From Candidatus Latescibacterota bacterium (lineage in GTDB: Bacteria > Latescibacterota > UBA2968 > GCA-2709665), in assembly GCA_965203805.1 (NCBI GenBank), contig OZ241917.1, positions 3,552,001-3,616,000 on the forward strand: a stretch of 64,000 bases of DNA, in the 5' to 3' direction. A program made the position numbers and the translations under genes. Under the pieces are notes generated by a model, which was given only the letters and a program-made list of their open reading frames with translations, had not been told where the DNA came from and did not search any database. Of the stretch, positions 59,178 to 64,000 are shown piece after piece; the first letter of the stretch is position 1; each line of letters starts with the position of its first letter.

Positions 59178-60080
59178 CTACTTCCGGGACCCGACAACGG
59201 GAACCACTTCGATCTCGAACAGCTTCGGCCATCGTTTCCCGGTCACGAACAGGCGCTTCCCTGCCGGATCGTAGGCGATTCCGTTCAACGCGGCATCCGC
59301 GCCGAGCCGTTCCCGTCCTGCCAATAATCCGGTCAGATCGATCCAGCCCAACACCCGGCCGGACTCAGGGTCGATTCTGGCGATCAGATCCGATTCCCAG
59401 ACATTCGCATAGACCTCGCCGTCAACGTATTCCAGTTCATTCAGGCGGGTCACGGGTCCCTTATCGTCCCGAACCTCCACCCGCCCGACCTCCTGAAACG
59501 TCTCGGGATCCCTGAAAGACAGCGTGGGCGTTCCGTCGCTCACGATCAACCGACGGGCGTCATGCGTAATGCCCCACCCCTCGATGGCATAGGTGAACGA
59601 GCGCATGCGTTCGAATGTTTCCTTGTTATAGACAAAACCGGTCCGCGCCACCCAGGTCAGCTGAATGACGTGGTTTCCGAAGATCGTAATCCCTTCGCCG
59701 AAATAACGGGATTCCAGCGGCTGGAACCGGATGACCCGGCCTGTTTCCAGCACGACTTTGCGCAAGGAGGACCGCCCGTAGAGCCCCGTTCCCTCGAACA
59801 GGAAACCGTTCTCATAGACGAGCCCCTGGGTAAACGCGCCGGGATCGTGAGGGTAGGTATGTTTTACGCGGAACGTGTATTGTCGCGGCTTCCAGGTCGA
59901 ATCCGGATCGGATGAAACGACTCCGTTTCCGGATGCGGCCTGGACGGCGCTCGAATCCGCCGCCGGCACTTCCACCACGGCGGACGCGACGGAAACAGAC
60001 AGAATAATTCCAGGCAAATGGAAAATGCCTGGAAATCGGGAATGCGAGTGCTGGGTTTTGCTTCGAGACTGCGAGGTCAT
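59178..60080 (-). CDS. Glutaminyl-peptide cyclotransferase (beta-propeller type)
   Basis: PHD..AFTQGL, EGTG.YG.S, FGEG, QLTW, EGWG, LNELE, LNGIAYD, TGK.WP. Confidence 0.92.
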   Translation of the reverse strand: MTSQSRSKTQHSHSRFPGIFHLPGIILSVSVASAVVEVPAADSSAVQAASGNGVVSSDPDSTWKPRQYTFRVKHTYPHDPGAFTQGLVYENGFLFEGTGLYGRSSLRKVVLETGRVIRFQPLESRYFGEGITIFGNHVIQLTWVARTGFVYNKETFERMRSFTYAIEGWGITHDARRLIVSDGTPTLSFRDPETFQEVGRVEVRDDKGPVTRLNELEYVDGEVYANVWESDLIARIDPESGRVLGWIDLTGLLAGRERLGADAALNGIAYDPAGKRLFVTGKRWPKLFEIEVVPVVGSRK

Positions 60081-60529
60081 TTCCCTCTGTCTTCTTGCCG
60101 AGATGCCGAGGGGTCGCCTTCGATCCATTCTTCGCCGTCCGTCCACACTTCCTTCTTCCAGATCGGCACGGTTTCCTTCAACCGGTCAATCGCGTAGTGA
60201 CAGGCTTCCAGAGCGGCTTTGCGGTGCGGCGCCGAGATCGCAATCAACACGCTGGTCTCGCCAATTTCCAATCGCCCAACCCGATGCAGCATGCCCACCC
60301 GGTCCACGTCCCACTTGCCCTTTATTTCCCGGCCGATGTCCGCCATCTTCTTCTCGGCCATCTCCCGATAGGCATCGTACACCAGATAGCTGGTTCGGCG
60401 GCCCATAGAATGGTCTCGAACCACTCCGGCGAAGGTCGCCACCGCGCCATCCGAATCTCTCAGCACGGCGTCGTGCAGCGCATCGGCCCGTACGGGTTCT
60501 TCCTGAATTCGGTACAGATCACCGGACAT
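60077..60529 (-). CDS. moaE: Molybdopterin synthase catalytic subunit
   Basis: GA.A.F.G.VR, HR.G.L.IGE, APHR, LKE.VPIWKKE. Confidence 0.93.
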   Translation of the reverse strand: MSGDLYRIQEEPVRADALHDAVLRDSDGAVATFAGVVRDHSMGRRTSYLVYDAYREMAEKKMADIGREIKGKWDVDRVGMLHRVGRLEIGETSVLIAISAPHRKAALEACHYAIDRLKETVPIWKKEVWTDGEEWIEGDPSASRQEDRGK

Positions 60530-60821
60530 GGGCTCTTCCCTGCTTCGGCCCGCCACTTGCGGCAGGTTGAACCGGAGCTCCCCCGCTTACCGGCGGGATA
60601 AGAGCCACCTCATCCCCGTCGTTGAGTTGCTGAGTCCGATCCACGTACGCCTGGTTGACCGACACCATCAGACTGCCTTCCATTTCCTTCAATCGGGAGT
60701 GCTCCGCCGCCAGCCGCGCCAGCAGATCGTACACACTTGCGCCTTCGGACATGGTAATAGAGGTCTGGCTTTGTCCAACAAGGTCCCTGCACGACGCGAA
60801 AAACAAGACTTTGATTTCCAT
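60519..60821 (-). CDS. moaD: Molybdopterin synthase sulfur-carrier subunit with C-terminal extension
   Basis: IKVLFFA, VSVN..Y, DGDEVALIPPVSGG followed by 19 more residues. Confidence 0.85.
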   Translation of the reverse strand: MEIKVLFFASCRDLVGQSQTSITMSEGASVYDLLARLAAEHSRLKEMEGSLMVSVNQAYVDRTQQLNDGDEVALIPPVSGGAPVQPAASGGPKQGRAHVR

Positions 60822-60871
60822 CGGCCGTCCTCTGCGCTGCACCGCTGGAAGCATACTGCAATATCGATCCG

Positions 60872-61873
60872 TTAACGAACCTGGCTCATCCTGGAGTTCT
60901 CCGTCATCCCCGGTCTGCGTCCCCGCTTCGCCACGGACCTGGCGCCGATGGTCTTTACATCGGCCGTAAAGTCGATCGGTGACGCGCCGCTGATCGCGCT
61001 GCCCACGCCGAACCCGTCCACGGGGGATCCTGCCCCTGCAAACTCCCGGATGCGTTCCGGCGTCATCCCGCCGCTTACGTAGATCTTCACCTCGCGGCGC
61101 CCGGCGCGGTCAAGCCTCTTCCGAACCCGACTCACGAGATCCGGAGTCACGCCACCCAGTTCAGAGGGTGTGTCCAGACGCACGCCCAACAACCGCCCTC
61201 CCATTGCCTCCGCCAATCGAACGCTCTCGTCCGCTTCATCCATGAACGTATCCACCAGCACGATCCGCATTATCGATTCCGGCATGTGCCGGTCGAAAGC
61301 CAGCGCGGCGGTCAGCGTGTCTCCCATGATCAACGTCAGCGCGTGCGGCATGGTACCGACAGGCTCCCGGCCGGCCAACTTCGCCCCGGCAGGCGTGGCG
61401 CATCCGGAGCAGCCGCCCACGATGGCCGAATACTCCATCCGGTCCGAAACCGCGGGATGGACGTGCCGGGCGCCAAAACTGATCACCGGAATACCCGCCG
61501 CGGCCGCCACGCATGCCCGCGCCGCCGTTGCCCAGCCGCTCTTCTGGGCAAGCGTACCGAGATAGGCGGTTTCATAGATGCCGAAGCGGCTGTAGCGGGC
61601 TCGAATCCGGAGCACGACTTCCCTGCGGGACATCGTCGCGCCTTCGTTGAGCGCCCACACCGACGCATCCTCGGGCAGGACTTCAGCCAGATTCGAGAGG
61701 ACTTCGGTCATGCCGCAAAGGATGCCGTCCCCGTTCGGAAACACCTCCATCGTCACAACGGGATCGATCTCTTCCCGCGCCAGAACCTCGCGGGTATTCA
61801 GAAAGTAGAGATCGGACCGGTCTTCGTCGAAAAACGCCCTCTTCGGCAGCATGTGTTCGTCCGGTCCGGACAA
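60872..61873 (-). CDS. pncB: Nicotinate phosphoribosyltransferase (short type)
   Basis: SDLYF, SFGARH.HP, GTMPHAL, LVDT, GVRLDTPS, SGG, FGVG; start may be ATG 61852. Confidence 0.85.
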   Translation of the reverse strand: MSGPDEHMLPKRAFFDEDRSDLYFLNTREVLAREEIDPVVTMEVFPNGDGILCGMTEVLSNLAEVLPEDASVWALNEGATMSRREVVLRIRARYSRFGIYETAYLGTLAQKSGWATAARACVAAAAGIPVISFGARHVHPAVSDRMEYSAIVGGCSGCATPAGAKLAGREPVGTMPHALTLIMGDTLTAALAFDRHMPESIMRIVLVDTFMDEADESVRLAEAMGGRLLGVRLDTPSELGGVTPDLVSRVRKRLDRAGRREVKIYVSGGMTPERIREFAGAGSPVDGFGVGSAISGASPIDFTADVKTIGARSVAKRGRRPGMTENSRMSQVR

Positions 61874-61931
61874 GTGTCCTGACTCCGGCGGTGATCGCGA
61901 CTCGCGAACACGGGCCGTGCATCACCGCGAA

Positions 61932-62771
61932 TCATTTTTTCTTTTTAGAAGCTGTCTTTAACCGCTCCCGCATCGCTTCCAGATATGCGAGCGGGACGTC
62001 CACACTGCCGATCATCGGATCTCCTCTGCCGTCGCCGTGGCAGTCCGAACCCCCCGTACACAAGAGGTCGTTCTCCGCTGCAATCCTGGAATAACGGGCG
62101 ACGTGTGAGGCATTGTGCTTGGTGTGGCGCACCTCGATGCCATCGAGTCCGTCGGACACCATGCCAGCAATCAGGTCGTCCCTCCGGTACAGTCCCGGGT
62201 GCGCAAGACAGGCCAGCCCGCCCGCAGCCCTGATGACCTGTATGGCCCGGGACGGCGACTGCGAATACTTGGCTGCATACGCCGGTTTCGAATATCCCAG
62301 GTACTTGTGAAACGCTTCGTCGACCGAAGAGACCAGGCCCTCTTCCACCATCACGTCGGCGATATGCGGACGTCCTATCGCGCCTGGCCCCGCCCTGGCA
62401 AGAACCTTCTCCAGAGGCACCCTGAGCCCCATACGATTCAACTTTTCCACCATCCGTTCCGCACGTTGCAACCTCGCCTGTCGAAACGTGTCAAGCCATG
62501 CGATCAGATCCGGATGACCGGGGTCGATGAAATATCCCAGGATATGCACGTCCGTACTGCCGATCCTGGCACTCAATTCGGTTCCCGGCACGACCTCGAC
62601 ACCCAGCCGCCCGCCTTCCTCCCGCGCCGCCGCAACACCCTCTGTCGAGTCGTGATCCGTCAGGCTGATCACGCTGAGTCCGGCCGCCGCGGCCCGGCGC
62701 GCAACTTCCCGTGGCGTGAATGTCCCGTCGGAGCAGGTCGAGTGCAGATGCAGGTCGATGCGCCCCGTCAT
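61932..62771 (-). CDS. PHP-domain metal-dependent phosphoesterase (TrpH/YciV-like)
   Basis: DLHLHS.CSDG, LTDHD, VHILGY, RPH, AHP, GGSDCHG. Confidence 0.9.
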   Translation of the reverse strand: MTGRIDLHLHSTCSDGTFTPREVARRAAAAGLSVISLTDHDSTEGVAAAREEGGRLGVEVVPGTELSARIGSTDVHILGYFIDPGHPDLIAWLDTFRQARLQRAERMVEKLNRMGLRVPLEKVLARAGPGAIGRPHIADVMVEEGLVSSVDEAFHKYLGYSKPAYAAKYSQSPSRAIQVIRAAGGLACLAHPGLYRRDDLIAGMVSDGLDGIEVRHTKHNASHVARYSRIAAENDLLCTGGSDCHGDGRGDPMIGSVDVPLAYLEAMRERLKTASKKKK

Positions 62772-63340
62772 GGTCCTGCCTTCGGATTGCCGGCCCGCAC
62801 CGGGTCCATGTAGGCCAACCCGCGCCGCTGTCGGCTGCCCTCACGCTTCAAGGCGACGAGTTGGCTTCGTAGAAGATTCCGTTTGATTGCGCTGAAATGG
62901 TCCGTCACCAGAACGCCGTTCAAATGATCGACCTCGTGCTGAACCGCACGGGCGGATATGTCCGTCATCTCCTCGCAGACGACGTTGCCGTTTCGATCAA
63001 GGGCATTTACACGGACCTGCGCCCGGCGGGTTACGTCTCCGACCACCCCCGGCAGGCTGAGGCATCCCTCTTCACCCTCAACCTCGCCTTCGCCCTGACT
63101 CAATTCCGGATTGATCAACACCGCCGGTTCGGCGTCCGGATCGGTGGGGCTCACATCCAGTACCACCACGCGCAGGCTTACGCCAACCTGGGGCGCCGCG
63201 AGCCCGATTCCCTCCGCCTCGTACATCGTCTCGAACATATCGTCCACGAGTGTCCGGATTTCATCCGTTACGGCTTCAACCGGCCGCGCTTTTCTTCTCA
63301 GCGTCGGGCATCCGAATTTCTTGATCTCTAGCAGCGCCAC
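62768..63340 (-). CDS. def: Peptide deformylase
   Basis: GIGLAAPQ, EGCLS, QHEVDHL. Confidence 0.95.
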   Translation of the reverse strand: MALLEIKKFGCPTLRRKARPVEAVTDEIRTLVDDMFETMYEAEGIGLAAPQVGVSLRVVVLDVSPTDPDAEPAVLINPELSQGEGEVEGEEGCLSLPGVVGDVTRRAQVRVNALDRNGNVVCEEMTDISARAVQHEVDHLNGVLVTDHFSAIKRNLLRSQLVALKREGSRQRRGLAYMDPVRAGNPKAGP

Positions 63341-63568
63341 TGTTCAGGTTCCGTAAAGTGAACGTCGGTGCTCAATTGCGCCTTATCAGCCCGTTGATAA
63401 AGTCCATCCGGTCTGCGTCCGGCCCTTGAGACCGAAATACGGCGTTGCCTGCCTGCGCCAAGCAACGCGCGGCAGGCAGGCGCTTCCTCCCCGAATCCAG
63501 GGATTCGCGTCGGTCGCGCGCCTTGTCTTCGGCCACAATGACTCGGCCTCGCCTGCAGAGCGACTTTT

Positions 63569-64000
63569 TCAACGGACTGTTATGGTCAGCAGGGTTTCGT
63601 TCAGACTCCCGCTTCGGTATCCCTGCATATCCACCGTGACGTACCGATATCCGATTTCCTTCAGGCGCGCTACAACCCGGTCGACGAGTCCCTCTTCAAA
63701 GAATCGTCCGATCTCCGCGGCCGGAACTTCAATGCGGGCGATCTCGTCATGGTGCCTCACCCGAACGAGGCTGAATCCCAACGTCTTGAGAAAAGCCTCG
63801 GCCCGGTCGACCATCGAAAGCGCTTCCTCTGTCACCGGCGTCCCATAGGAAATGCGGGATGACAGGCATGCCGATGCGGGATGGTCCCAGGTCGGCAGGT
63901 CCCACGTTCTGGACAACAACCGGATTTCTTCTTTCGTCATGCCGACCTCGACCATCGGCGCCCGCACCCCACGGTCGCTGGCCGCCTTCATCCCCGGCCT
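63569..64000 (-). CDS. larE: LarE-like ATP-dependent sulfur transferase, 3' part (runs off the window)
   Basis: RPG.KAA, K.EIR, P..ACLSSR..YG, RVR.H...ARIE, D..GYRSGS.N. Confidence 0.85.
   Translation of the reverse strand, partial: RPGMKAASDRGVRAPMVEVGMTKEEIRLLSRTWDLPTWDHPASACLSSRISYGTPVTEEALSMVDRAEAFLKTLGFSLVRVRHHDEIARIEVPAAEIGRFFEEGLVDRVVARLKEIGYRYVTVDMQGYRSGSLNETLLTITVR

Noticed and set aside
1-64000. rRNA, tRNA, or a 23S rRNA intervening sequence around the four-helix-bundle gene
   Set aside because: No rRNA-like flanks or cloverleaf recognised; the gene lies between two protein-coding genes

Overview
A GC-rich bacterial window with no rRNA, tRNA, CRISPR, integrase, transposase or reverse transcriptase that I can recognise. 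Its gene content suggests a Latescibacterota/Gemmatimonadota-like, possibly sponge-associated organism (inference): a dockerin/EF-hand + plant-type LRR + metallopeptidase protein, four Gfo/Idh/MocA oxidoreductases, a PhyH-like dioxygenase, and heparinase, CocE and BNR proteins. The centre (16.5-49 kb) is an expanded MacB/FtsX-type ABC export locus with six permease paralogues, one ATPase, one membrane-fusion protein, an ECF sigma factor, accessory envelope proteins and a sigma-54 two-component system. Three minus-strand sigma-54 promoters each have the same tandem operator 65-66 bp upstream, and a fourth divergent promoter precedes the regulator. The last three permeases alternate with mosaic arrays of an 81-nt repeat, giving a cassette-like layout. 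Intergenic DNA holds several families of very small, apparently mobile, nested elements. These are heptamer-flanked relics of a four-helix-bundle gene, a 55-nt hairpin in four copies, a MITE with terminal inverted repeats, and 27-33-nt CCTGCCT...AGGCAGG palindromes inserted inside other repeats. Two toxin-antitoxin pairs, an unannotated Arg-rich small ORF and a larE-def-PHP-pncB-moaD-moaE-QC gene run (MoaD has a blocked C-terminus) complete the window. All calls come from reading motifs by eye; no database searches were run.
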